64,000 nucleotides of DNA from an uncultured Rheinheimera sp. (GTDB taxonomy: Bacteria > Pseudomonadota > Gammaproteobacteria > Enterobacterales > Alteromonadaceae), in contig CAZGHW010000007.1 in assembly GCA_964525695.1 (NCBI GenBank), forward strand, positions 56,384-120,383. Reading direction: 5' to 3'. The notes beneath the pieces are model-generated. The model was given only the letters and a program-made list of their open reading frames with translations. It was not told the origin of the DNA and made no database searches. Positions within the stretch are counted from its first letter, which is position 1. Each line of letters starts with the position of its first letter. Shown here piece by piece: positions 45,504 to 53,665 of the stretch. A program made the position numbers and the translations under genes.

Positions 45504-46220
45504 TTACCACTGCGACAATTTTTTATTAAGTAATTCAATTGATTGCTTATGCAACTGACAAACTCTTGATTCGGTCAGCTCCAGCACCAACGCAATTTCT
45601 TTCATATTCAGTTCATGGCTGTAATACAGTTGCAGCAACAATCTATTGCGCTCTGGCAACCCGGCCATGGCTTTTTGCAACGACAATTTCAGTTCCAACG
45701 GCGATAACGAGGTTTCACCCAATTCCGGATGCAGTTGTTGCTCCAGCATGGCATCTAGGCTTTCCATCGCTTCCGCCTGATCCAGATACATCAGCTCGCT
45801 CAGTTGCTGGCTGTCGATGCCCAGATGCTGACTCAGTTCTTCCTGCGTTGGCACCCGGCCTATCTGGCGTGTCAGCGCCCGACTGGCATCCCGAAACTGA
45901 TGGGCTTGCTGGCGCAACTGGCGTGGCCGCCAATCGGTACGGCGAAATTCATCCAGCATGGCGCCGCGAATGCGTTTAAAGGCATAGGCCGCAAACAGCT
46001 CATCCGGCGCTTTGCCATAACGGCGAATGGCCGACAGCAAACCGAGTAAGCCAATTTGCAACAAGTCATCATTATCGACCACAGGTCCAATCAGACTGCG
46101 CAAATGGGCCGCCGCTCTTTTCACCAACATGCTGTATTGCGTCAGTAAACTGCCTTCATTCGCCACCGCTTGCTCAGCCTGAGGTTGCGTCGCTTCTGAC
46201 CAGAGGTTTTCTGCCAGCAT
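45504..46220 (-). CDS. fliA: Flagellar sigma-28 factor FliA (LafS-type)
   Basis: 238 aa. Sigma-70 regions 2, 3 and 4 (..DDLLQIGLLGLLSAIRRY.., ..LNMKEIALVLELTESRVCQLHKQSI..). Confidence 0.9.
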   Translation of the reverse strand: MLAENLWSEATQPQAEQAVANEGSLLTQYSMLVKRAAAHLRSLIGPVVDNDDLLQIGLLGLLSAIRRYGKAPDELFAAYAFKRIRGAMLDEFRRTDWRPRQLRQQAHQFRDASRALTRQIGRVPTQEELSQHLGIDSQQLSELMYLDQAEAMESLDAMLEQQLHPELGETSLSPLELKLSLQKAMAGLPERNRLLLQLYYSHELNMKEIALVLELTESRVCQLHKQSIELLNKKLSQW

Positions 46221-46228
46221 CTGGATAC

Positions 46229-46657
46229 CTACTGAATAAAAATATTGGTGATCAAAACTTTATCTAACTGATAGTCAAACTTATTCTCAGTCAGGCTTTG
46301 ATTAAAGGTACTCAGTAACTGTTGCTGCACCTGATCGATCTGCTGCATCGCCACTTTGACTTCCAAATGACTGCTGCTGGCAAAATGTGCCACCAGCGCA
46401 TTGCGCAACAGCGGCGTCACTTCTTTTAACGCCGCAATGGTGCTGGCTTTATGACTGACCAGTGTCAGTTCCAGCACCAAATATCTGGAGGTTGGATCGC
46501 CCGCCACGCTCATCACAAATTTATCCATCGGATAAAACAGCGGCTTTTCACTAAGCGCCTCCACTTCGGGCGCACTGAAATACTGAGTAAAACCAACATA
46601 ACCAGCAGCTGCGCCGCCTATCAGTAAGGCAATCAAGCCAAGCACTAATTTATTCAT
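46229..46657 (-). CDS. fliL: Flagellar basal-body-associated protein FliL
   Basis: 142 aa. N-terminal TM, then ...FYPMDKFVMSV......YLVLELTLV... typical of FliL. Confidence 0.8.
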   Translation of the reverse strand: MNKLVLGLIALLIGGAAAGYVGFTQYFSAPEVEALSEKPLFYPMDKFVMSVAGDPTSRYLVLELTLVSHKASTIAALKEVTPLLRNALVAHFASSSHLEVKVAMQQIDQVQQQLLSTFNQSLTENKFDYQLDKVLITNIFIQ

Positions 46658-46696
46658 CGCGTTATATTCCTTGTCTCTGCACGGCCATTGCCATGA

Positions 46697-47974
46697 TTAA
46701 ACTAATTGATTCAGATAGTTATGACGTTCAAGCACAGCAGTTTGCCTTTGTACTACCGGCTCGGCCTCAGCACCATTGCTGCTGATCTGCGTTGCAAGCC
46801 AGGTCGGATGAGCCTGCTGCGGTAACTGACCATCGGCACTGAGCTGCAAGTCAATCTGCAGTTCGCTACCCAGTTTTTGTTGCAGGCTGGCGCGCAATTG
46901 CTCCAGCCCCTGCCCCATCGCTTCTCTGAGCTGGGCATTGCTGCTGTGTAGCTGCACCTGCAACTTGTCGCCGTCCAGTTGCACGGATAGTTCAACACTG
47001 CCCAAACTGGGCGGATCCAGCCGGATCAAGGCTTTATTCAGGCCCAGCCCCAGTTGCAAATCGACCTTGTCCTGCAGCAGTTGCAACAGACGCTGGCCAA
47101 AACGGGCCGGATCTGTCGGCAAAGGTTCACTTTGCCACTGTGCCAACGCACTGGCCGTGGTCGTCACCTGTGCCACCAGCGGATTGGCTGCGCTGGCGTC
47201 GTTGCTGGTGAACGACGCCGTATTGGCCGTGACCATGTTGAACTGCCGGTTGAGCAGGCTGGTCAGCGCCAGAGCTGGCGGCAAACTGCTGTGCTGCAAT
47301 GTGCTGTGCGCTGCGACCGTCTGGCTGGCAAGCACCGGGCTGAGCGCGAGTTCAGCGGTACTGGTTTGGTTAGCGTTGCCAGCTGTTGGCAAAAACGCCT
47401 GCACGCCGCTCACAGCAGCTTGATGATAAAGGGCTGGCTGCTGCCGCTCTGTCAACACTGGATCCGCCAGAGTTTGAGCAGGCGGCAAAGTGACCGGCGC
47501 TAAGCTGGCAGCTCCCAGACTTCCAACCGCAGCCGATTGCGGCAGCAAGTCTGGCATTGCTGCAGCTGTGGCCGCCTGATGACTGGTCGCTGGCAATAAT
47601 TGGCTCAAGCCGGCCCCAAGCAGGGGTTGCCGGTACAATAACGCCAGTTCTTCTGCTGACAGGGGTTGCGACAGCTCGGACCATTCGGCGGCTGGGTCAG
47701 CACTGGCTGGGTCAGCACTTGCTGGCTCCTGTACTTCCGTTAACTGCGCAGTGGCAGCCTGCTGCTGACGCAATGCTTGCTCGTCGGCGTAGGCTGTGAC
47801 GGCTGTTTGCCCCTGCTCAGGTGACTCGCCGTTTTGAACCAAACTGTTTTGAGCCACACTTGGCCCGGCACTGTGCTCAGTTTTTTGCAGCCCAGAACTG
47901 GCCGCGCTGGCACTGCGCACCGTCGCGGCGGCAGGGGCTGTTTTCACTGCCGTGCTGGCTGCTAACGACTGCAT
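46697..47974 (-). CDS. fliK: Hook-length control protein FliK (LafE-type)
   Basis: 425 aa. Low-complexity Ala/Gln/Ser-rich N-terminus and a C-terminal Flg_hook domain ...LIRLDPPSLGSVELSVQLDGDKLQVQLHSSNAQLREAM. Confidence 0.75.
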   Translation of the reverse strand: MQSLAASTAVKTAPAAATVRSASAASSGLQKTEHSAGPSVAQNSLVQNGESPEQGQTAVTAYADEQALRQQQAATAQLTEVQEPASADPASADPAAEWSELSQPLSAEELALLYRQPLLGAGLSQLLPATSHQAATAAAMPDLLPQSAAVGSLGAASLAPVTLPPAQTLADPVLTERQQPALYHQAAVSGVQAFLPTAGNANQTSTAELALSPVLASQTVAAHSTLQHSSLPPALALTSLLNRQFNMVTANTASFTSNDASAANPLVAQVTTTASALAQWQSEPLPTDPARFGQRLLQLLQDKVDLQLGLGLNKALIRLDPPSLGSVELSVQLDGDKLQVQLHSSNAQLREAMGQGLEQLRASLQQKLGSELQIDLQLSADGQLPQQAHPTWLATQISSNGAEAEPVVQRQTAVLERHNYLNQLV

Positions 47975-48297
47975 CAGCGCATACTCTCATCAGTTTGCTG
48001 ATAGGCCAGCACTCCGGCTTTGTTGTGCTGGAATTCTTTCATTTTTTGCTCCAGCGCCAGTTGCTGTCGTTTTGCTTGCTGAATAATCTGCTGGTAACGC
48101 TGGGTCAGTAGTTGGAAATCATAAAGCGGTTGCACCGCAGCGCCGGTTTGGCGAAACTGCTGCAAAGTCTCAACCAAAGACAGGATCTGCCGGTCCAGTG
48201 CCTGCACTTGCAGCCACTTGCCAGCCAGCACGGCTTGTTGCAGTTGCAATAACAACTGCTGAATTTGTTTTAACTGCGCTTCTGCTGAACCCTGCAT
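47974..48297 (-). CDS. FliT-like small helical protein (LafD/LafX position)
   Basis: 107 aa, helical and Gln-rich. Located between fliS and fliK as in laf clusters. ATGA overlap with fliK. Assigned mainly by position. Confidence 0.45.
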   Translation of the reverse strand: MQGSAEAQLKQIQQLLLQLQQAVLAGKWLQVQALDRQILSLVETLQQFRQTGAAVQPLYDFQLLTQRYQQIIQQAKRQQLALEQKMKEFQHNKAGVLAYQQTDESMR

Positions 48298-48335
48298 CTG
48301 GATGCTCTTACTTTAACTCTGCTAAACAGGACTAA

Positions 48336-48351
48336 AGCAAGAAACAAGCCA
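48336..48351 (-). promoter_or_regulatory. Sigma-54 promoter for fliT-fliK-fliL-fliA...
   Basis: Minus strand TGGCTT-GTTTC-TTGCT, with GG and GC at the canonical GG-N10-GC spacing and a -12 TTGCT. It ends about 38 nt upstream of the fliT ATG. Confidence 0.55.
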
Positions 48352-48401
48352 ACACTCAAGTTAATGATTTTAAAGTGTTTTAATAACAAAAACTGATGGG
48401 T

Positions 48402-48448
48402 GCGGAAGTTATACTTCCGCCTTGGCGGAAGTGCTGGTCGTAACTTCC
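48402..48448. promoter_or_regulatory. Candidate enhancer (UAS) for the sigma-54 activator, site A
   Basis: GCGGAAG-TTATA-CTTCCGC (perfect 7-N5-7 palindrome, 48402-48420), then GCGGAAGT-N10-ACTTCC (48425-48448). Its centre is about 90-95 nt upstream of the predicted start site. Confidence 0.4.
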
Positions 48449-48628
48449 TTTCCGTGCGGATGACTGCTTGCAGCAGTTGTCAGCGCTAGATTGGCATCGT
48501 AGAAAAAAGCTCGGCACATCTTTGATACGACAAAGAGTGCCGACCTTGTAAGCGAAAAACTGCAGGAAACAGTTGGCGGCATCGAGTGGTAGCGGGCCAA
48601 AGTCCAATAACAGGCCAGGCCTTGGCTG

Positions 48629-49024
48629 CTAGCCAGCTTGCCGGCTTAATAAGCCCTGCCAGCCTTGTTGGAGATCCGTCATGACAGTGCGGATCTGCGC
48701 CAGCTCGTTTAAATCATTTTTTAAACTGGCCTTGAGCAGGTTGTGGCCGCAGAATTCGTACAGCCGGTGCATATTCAGCGCCACTTCACCGCCTTTTTCC
48801 AGGTCCAGCGAAGCATCCAGTCCGCCGAGAATTTTCAGCAGTTTTTCCATGCCGATGGCTTTTTTATCAAAACGTTTGGCCTGCATATGACCTTCGACTC
48901 TGGCCAGTTCATCTAGGAAACCATCAAACAACATCTGCACCAGACTGTGAATATCGGCGCCTGAAGCTTTCACGTTCACGCTGGTATGTTGGTAGGCCTG
49001 ATAACCTTGTGCAAAATCTAACAT
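48629..49024 (-). CDS. fliS: Flagellin chaperone FliS
   Basis: ATG 49024 follows AAGAGG. ...YQHTSVNVKASGADIHSLVQMLFDGFLDEL... matches the FliS core. Confidence 0.85.
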   Translation of the reverse strand: MLDFAQGYQAYQHTSVNVKASGADIHSLVQMLFDGFLDELARVEGHMQAKRFDKKAIGMEKLLKILGGLDASLDLEKGGEVALNMHRLYEFCGHNLLKASLKNDLNELAQIRTVMTDLQQGWQGLLSRQAG

Positions 49025-49058
49025 CTGTACCTCTTTATCTAACTGGCGGAAAGAGCCA

Positions 49059-50351
49059 CTAAGAACCAAACTGCGACATTGAGCCTTCCAGCTGCGCTAT
49101 GGTGACCTGCATCTGGGTAAACTGTGCCAGATACCGCTTGTACACCAGATCCATCGAATACTCATGGCGCTTTTGTTTGGTCGTCACCATATCCAGGCTG
49201 CCCTGTAAACTTTGTTGTTTGTCTTTGAGCAAACCAAATTTTTTGGTGTAAGGCTCCAGCACCTGTTTTAAACCGCTGAATAAGCTGTTGTCAGTCACCA
49301 ACATCTGCTCCAGTCGGGCCGGATTATCTGCCAGCGCTTTTTCCAGCTTGGTTTTATTCAGCGACAACACACCGTTGCGATCAAACTCCAGACCGATAGC
49401 GGTCAGTGTGCTGCCCTGATAGCTTTTCTGAAAACCTTGCCGCAACTGGTTACCAACTGCCCGCGCCATACTATCGGAGTTGAGTGTGGCATCACTATTC
49501 ATTTGTTTCATCAGCGCATTGTAGCTGTCGACAAACTTTTTCAGCTTTTCTTCCACTGCCGCCGGATCTTGTTTCACTGTGACCTTAACCGGGGTATCAG
49601 CACCGGCCTGAACTTTTTTCAGCTCCAGTGTGACGCCAGTAATCACATCCGTCAGTTCGTTTTTATCAGACGTCACGGTAATGGGGTTTTGTGCACCCAC
49701 TTTGACGATGGCATCCTGCGCCGCTTTGAGTTCAGTCGCCCCGGCCACAGCTGCAGTCAGATTGGCACCGGACGTATCAGCGCCTGGCACAAAATTGAGG
49801 CTAACGGCTTTGGCAGCACCTGAGTCCTTGCTGGTAAGTACCAAAAAAGACTGACTGCCGCTTCGCATCACAGTGGCTTGCACGCCACTGTTATCGGCTT
49901 TTTTATTAATGGCATCTGCCAGCGCACTGATGCCGGAACCGGCAGGCAGACTAGACAGATCAACGGCAAATTCCTTGCCTGCCACCGTCAGTTCCAACTG
50001 GCCATCGGCAGGCAACAGGTCAGTGCTTTGAAATGTCAAAGATAACTGATGACGCTGCGCTAATTGCTGCACGAAAATTTCATAATCACCGGCCACTGCT
50101 TTACCGGAGGTTTTAATTGCCAACACCTCTTCATGGCTGCTTTTGCCGGTATTGCTCAGCAAATCTTGCTCAGTGGTAAATTTTTTCAGCATATCCTGCA
50201 TACTACCAAGACTGGTTTCGAGCTTTTTAAACGACGAAATCAGGCCGCTGAAACGATCCTGCTGGGTTTTTAACACTTTATCTTTACCAGCCCGTTCAAT
50301 CTGGGTGTACTGCTTGGCCAAGTAGGCCGGATCTATACTGGAAAACGCCAT
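49059..50351 (-). CDS. fliD: Filament cap protein FliD (LafB-type)
   Basis: 430 aa. N-terminal IDPAYLAKQYTQIE... and C-terminal ...YLAQFTQMQVTIAQLEGSMSQF heptad regions are typical of FliD. Confidence 0.85.
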   Translation of the reverse strand: MAFSSIDPAYLAKQYTQIERAGKDKVLKTQQDRFSGLISSFKKLETSLGSMQDMLKKFTTEQDLLSNTGKSSHEEVLAIKTSGKAVAGDYEIFVQQLAQRHQLSLTFQSTDLLPADGQLELTVAGKEFAVDLSSLPAGSGISALADAINKKADNSGVQATVMRSGSQSFLVLTSKDSGAAKAVSLNFVPGADTSGANLTAAVAGATELKAAQDAIVKVGAQNPITVTSDKNELTDVITGVTLELKKVQAGADTPVKVTVKQDPAAVEEKLKKFVDSYNALMKQMNSDATLNSDSMARAVGNQLRQGFQKSYQGSTLTAIGLEFDRNGVLSLNKTKLEKALADNPARLEQMLVTDNSLFSGLKQVLEPYTKKFGLLKDKQQSLQGSLDMVTTKQKRHEYSMDLVYKRYLAQFTQMQVTIAQLEGSMSQFGS

Positions 50352-50420
50352 CGTCTGGTCCTGCTACTGAAAGGGGGGTATAAAGCCTTAATCGCCGCAC
50401 TTGCCGCAGCGACTAAGGCT

Positions 50421-50446
50421 AAAAACCCCGGCGCTAGTGCGCCGGG
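50421..50446 (-). terminator. Intrinsic terminator after the flagellin gene
   Basis: Minus strand CCCGGCGC-ACTA-GCGCCGGG followed by GTTTTT, 27 nt after the stop at 50473. Confidence 0.75.
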
Positions 50447-50472
50447 CATCTTTATGAACCTAACAACTGGGA

Positions 50473-51306
50473 TTAACGTAACAGCTGGCTCACCATCTGG
50501 GTGGTGCTGTTGGCTGTGCTCAGTACCGAAATACCTGAGTTCAGCAACAGTTGCTGTTTGGTCATATTGGAGGTTTCTTTGGCAAAATCAGCATCCATCA
50601 GTTGGCTTTTGGCCGCACCGGTGTTTTCGGTCATATTGCCTAAGTTATTGATAGTGTGATCAAGACGATTCATGCTGGCACCTAGTGCGGAACGAGCAGT
50701 ACCGACGTTTTTTAAGAATGTATCGAGCGAATCAATTTCAGCGTTAGAAAGAGCTTGCGTGGTCAGATCTTTTAAATCAGTAACTTTTATAAGACCTAAC
50801 GATGCTGAAATATCAACTTTCAATACTTCATCTTTTGAAGCGCCAATTTGAAAATCGACGGCTGCGGCAAATTTCCCAGTGGTGGCGTCAAGTAACTTAG
50901 TGCCACTGCCGAATGAAGTATTTCCTAAAATATTGGTTAATTCTGATTTTAACGCTTGATACTCGCCATCAAAAGCTTTGTATTCGTCAGCGGAGTTAGT
51001 ACCGTTGGCCCCCTGAGTTGCCAGTTCTTTCATCCGGTAGACGATATTAGTCATCTCTTCAAAAGCACCTTCAGCCGTCTGTAGCATGGAAATGGCATTG
51101 TTGGAGTTATTGATCGCTGTTTCCTGACCGACCAACTGCGCGCTTAAACGTGAAGCGATTTGTAAACCAGCGGCATCGTCTTTGGCTGAGTTAATACGAA
51201 AACCTGTGCCTAAGCGCTCTAAGGCTACTGATAAACCATCGTTGGTGCGGTTTAATTGATTACGAATGGTGGTCGCTGCTGCGTTTGATTGAATTGATAA
51301 AGCCAT
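50473..51306 (-). CDS. lafA: Lateral-type flagellin (short, 277 aa)
   Basis: N-terminus MALSIQSNAAATTIRNQLNRT...RLGTGFRINSAKDDAAGLQIASRL and C-terminus ...AKSQLMDADFAKETSNMTKQQLLLNSGISVLSTANSTTQMVSQLLR. Confidence 0.95.
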   Translation of the reverse strand: MALSIQSNAAATTIRNQLNRTNDGLSVALERLGTGFRINSAKDDAAGLQIASRLSAQLVGQETAINNSNNAISMLQTAEGAFEEMTNIVYRMKELATQGANGTNSADEYKAFDGEYQALKSELTNILGNTSFGSGTKLLDATTGKFAAAVDFQIGASKDEVLKVDISASLGLIKVTDLKDLTTQALSNAEIDSLDTFLKNVGTARSALGASMNRLDHTINNLGNMTENTGAAKSQLMDADFAKETSNMTKQQLLLNSGISVLSTANSTTQMVSQLLR

Positions 51307-51339
51307 GTTGTTTACTCCTTAATAAAGTTCATAACTTAA

Positions 51340-51366
51340 GAGCGACCCGTACTGATAGAAACTAAA
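51340..51366 (-). promoter_or_regulatory. Sigma-28-like promoter for flagellin with a non-canonical -10
   Basis: Minus strand TTTAGTTT-N11-GGTCGCTC. It has the same architecture as TAAAGTTT-N11-GCCGATAA and the same -10 as the flgM site at 62706-62732. Confidence 0.45.
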
Positions 51367-51434
51367 ATTTTTTTCAGAATTTTTGTCAAATTTTTTGGCA
51401 ATGCACGGCTCAAGCTATGTTGGACGCCAAGCGT

Positions 51435-51526
51435 TGGACGCCAAGCGTTGGACTGCCCGGCAAGCCGGTCGAGTCCAACCTCCCCATGATAGTTGTGATG
51501 CTGAATTTAGCGACAGAGCATGGCAT
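51435..51526. repeat. 92-bp direct repeat, copy 1 (contains a REP-like hairpin)
   Basis: 90/92 identical to 51615-51706 (offset exactly 180 bp). Contains GTTGGACT-GCCCGGCAAGCCGGTCG-AGTCCAAC (51447-51479). Overlaps at its 5' end the second of two tandem 14-mers GTTGGACGCCAAGC (51419-51446). Confidence 0.9.
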
Positions 51527-51542
51527 CTGACTCAGTAGGTAG

Positions 51543-51582
51543 GTCGGACTCGACATGACGCGAAGCGTCAGGGCAGTCCGAC
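51543..51582. repeat. Related REP-like hairpin between the two repeat copies
   Basis: GTCGGACT-...TGACGC-GAA-GCGTCA...-AGTCCGAC. The outer 8-bp stem differs at one position per arm from the stems in the flanking copies. Confidence 0.7.
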
Positions 51583-51614
51583 AGAATCGATGGATAATTT
51601 TTTACAAGTTATGG

Positions 51615-51706
51615 TGGACGCCACGCGTTGGACTGCCCGGCAAGCCGGTCGAGTCCAACCTCCCCATGATAGTTGTGATGCTGAATTTAGCGATAGAGCA
51701 TGGCAT
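51615..51706. repeat. 92-bp direct repeat, copy 2
   Basis: See copy 1. The hairpin is at 51627-51659. Confidence 0.9.
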
Positions 51707-51734
51707 GCAGCCAAGCGTTAGATGCCACACGAGA

Positions 51735-52748
51735 CTAGCGTTGATCCGCCAGCGCAAATTCAACCAGACTGCGGCTGACATTGCCCTGCGCCATAATAGC
51801 CGCCAGCGACGAGGCAGCTCCGGTTTGCATTTGTTGCTTGAGTTCCTGGCTAAGCACTGCAACATCTTCTGCTGTTTGTCGATTGCCGGCCAAACGCAGA
51901 CTATTCAGCTTCGCCAACAGCTCTTGCCGCTCGGCTTGCACCTGACGTAATACCGTCTGTAACTTTTGCTGCACCTGGCTGATTTCAGCCTGATAAGCCT
52001 GCTGATTCTCTAGTTGCAACGCCTGTTCGGCCAGCACCTGCAAAGGCCCACTGACGGGCTGTAACCGCACACTGATTGGATTACCGGCGGCAATCCTGAT
52101 GCCCTCACCCTGCATTTGCCAGGGCTGAGTTAATTTTGCGGCATCTGAGACTTGGGTACTGAATTGCAACTGAGTGCCCTTGGCACTGACCAGGACCCCA
52201 GCGCCAGCAAAAGCTTGTTGCAACTGCGTTAAATTCTGCGCTGCACTTTGCTGCGCCGGCAGTGTTAATTGCACTTGCTGGCCATCCGCCAGCCGGAAAC
52301 TCAGTTGTTCGCTTTGTTTGCGCGGACTCAGTAAATCAATTTGATGGTTCAACCTGGCGCTAACACTGGCTAAAGGTTGCTGACGCAGTTGTAATTCTGG
52401 CCGTACTGCACTGTCTTTGTGCTTCAGCTGACTTTCCAGTTGCAGCAATTGCTCGCGCAGTTGTTGCTGCTGGCCTGGGCTTTGCGGTTGATTTAACTGT
52501 TTTTTCAGTTGCTCCAGTTGCTGATACAACTGGCGCAGTTGCTGTTCTGCCTGCTGATTTTTCGCCAGTTGCCGTGATACATCCGCGCTTAAGCTCCATT
52601 GACTGAGACTATCCAACTGTTGTTGCAAATGGCTGCCAGCGCTTTGTCGGCCACTAACCCCGGTTGCGACTGTCTGAGCGGCGCGGCCAGCTTGACTGGC
52701 AGCATTGCTGGCGACGGCAGAACTTGATTTCAGACTCTCAATCAGCAT
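51735..52748 (-). CDS. Gln-rich coiled-coil protein in the LafW position (axial-protein-like C-terminus)
   Basis: 337 aa. Follows flgL by 10 nt, as lafW does in Flag-2 clusters. The C-terminus ...LAAIMAQGNVSRSLVEFALADQR resembles flagellar axial-protein termini. No firm family assignment. Confidence 0.4.
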   Translation of the reverse strand: MLIESLKSSSAVASNAASQAGRAAQTVATGVSGRQSAGSHLQQQLDSLSQWSLSADVSRQLAKNQQAEQQLRQLYQQLEQLKKQLNQPQSPGQQQQLREQLLQLESQLKHKDSAVRPELQLRQQPLASVSARLNHQIDLLSPRKQSEQLSFRLADGQQVQLTLPAQQSAAQNLTQLQQAFAGAGVLVSAKGTQLQFSTQVSDAAKLTQPWQMQGEGIRIAAGNPISVRLQPVSGPLQVLAEQALQLENQQAYQAEISQVQQKLQTVLRQVQAERQELLAKLNSLRLAGNRQTAEDVAVLSQELKQQMQTGAASSLAAIMAQGNVSRSLVEFALADQR

Positions 52749-52758
52749 CAGCGCAACC

Positions 52759-53655
52759 TTATAACTGGCGGAATAAACTCAGTTGCGACACTGAGCCATA
52801 GACTTTGAGGGTGGCTTCATAAGAGGCCAGCGCATTATTCATTTCGATATAAGCCGACGGATAATGCACCACTGACAAATCATCGCGTAAGTTCTCAGTA
52901 AATAACGAAATTTCGCTGTTGGTATTTTCCAGCGATTCCAGCGAGCTGACGATACCGCCAATTTTAGTGACGGCATTGCTGACATTGCCCAGCACGCTGC
53001 TAAGTTTATCCAGCATCAAGCGCGACTCGGCACCAGCACCTGTGGCTGGCGGCGCTTGCAGCAAACTGACATAAGCCTGTAAATCATTTAAAAACGCCGC
53101 CCCTGGCACTAAATCGCTGCCAATGATATTGGCATCGACCAGGGTATTTTCCGCCACTGCCACTTTGCGCACTATGGCATCGCCCTGATATTGATACTGA
53201 CCGCTGGCATCCTTGATAAAAGGCGGCTGGTCAATGTCGCTGCCGGCAAACAAATAATTGCCATTGCCATCCCGGGCATTGAGTAAATCGGCAATACCCG
53301 GCATCAGCACAGCCATCTCGTTGGCCATGGCTTGTAACTCAGTCGTGCCATAAGAACCATCAGCGGCGGCCGTAGTCAGTGACTGCACCGATAACAATAA
53401 ATTGTTGATACTGCTCAGTTGCGTTTCTTGCTGGCGCAGCGTGTAAGTCACCAGCCCCATATTTTCGCCATATTGCTCCAGCGACGTCAGCTCGGAATTC
53501 AGTCGTAATACCAGCACGCTGCCCAGCGGATCATCGGAGGGCCGGGTGATTTTTTTATTGCTGGCCAGCTGTACCGACAACTGACTGTATTTTTCACTGC
53601 TTTGCTGAATGTTTCTGATGGTGGTGTCATGAAACTGACTGCTGCTTATCCGCAT
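52759..53655 (-). CDS. flgL: Hook-filament junction protein FlgL
   Basis: 298 aa. N-terminus MRISSSQFHDTTIRNIQQ... and a flagellin-like C-terminus. Confidence 0.85.
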   Translation of the reverse strand: MRISSSQFHDTTIRNIQQSSEKYSQLSVQLASNKKITRPSDDPLGSVLVLRLNSELTSLEQYGENMGLVTYTLRQQETQLSSINNLLLSVQSLTTAAADGSYGTTELQAMANEMAVLMPGIADLLNARDGNGNYLFAGSDIDQPPFIKDASGQYQYQGDAIVRKVAVAENTLVDANIIGSDLVPGAAFLNDLQAYVSLLQAPPATGAGAESRLMLDKLSSVLGNVSNAVTKIGGIVSSLESLENTNSEISLFTENLRDDLSVVHYPSAYIEMNNALASYEATLKVYGSVSQLSLFRQL

Positions 53656-53665
53656 AAAAATATCC

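Noticed and set aside
50352-50420. Possible sigma-28 or sigma-54 promoter for fliD-fliS (AGTCGCTG and GGCGATTA strings).
   Set aside because: Neither string has a matching -35/-24 partner at the correct spacing, so the fliD promoter remains unassigned.
51361-51389. Sigma-70-like TTGACA-N17-TTTAGT upstream of the flagellin gene.
   Set aside because: Its -10 hexamer is the same sequence as the -35 of the sigma-28-type element. The sigma-28 architecture recurs at flgM and fits flagellar biology better. This remains unresolved without a mapped start site.
51555-51950. ORFs 51555-51950 (+) and 51602-51865 (-), and the short duplicated peptide ORFs inside the 92-bp repeats.
   Set aside because: They are created by the repeats and run into or antisense to the LafW-position gene. 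There is no independent coding evidence.
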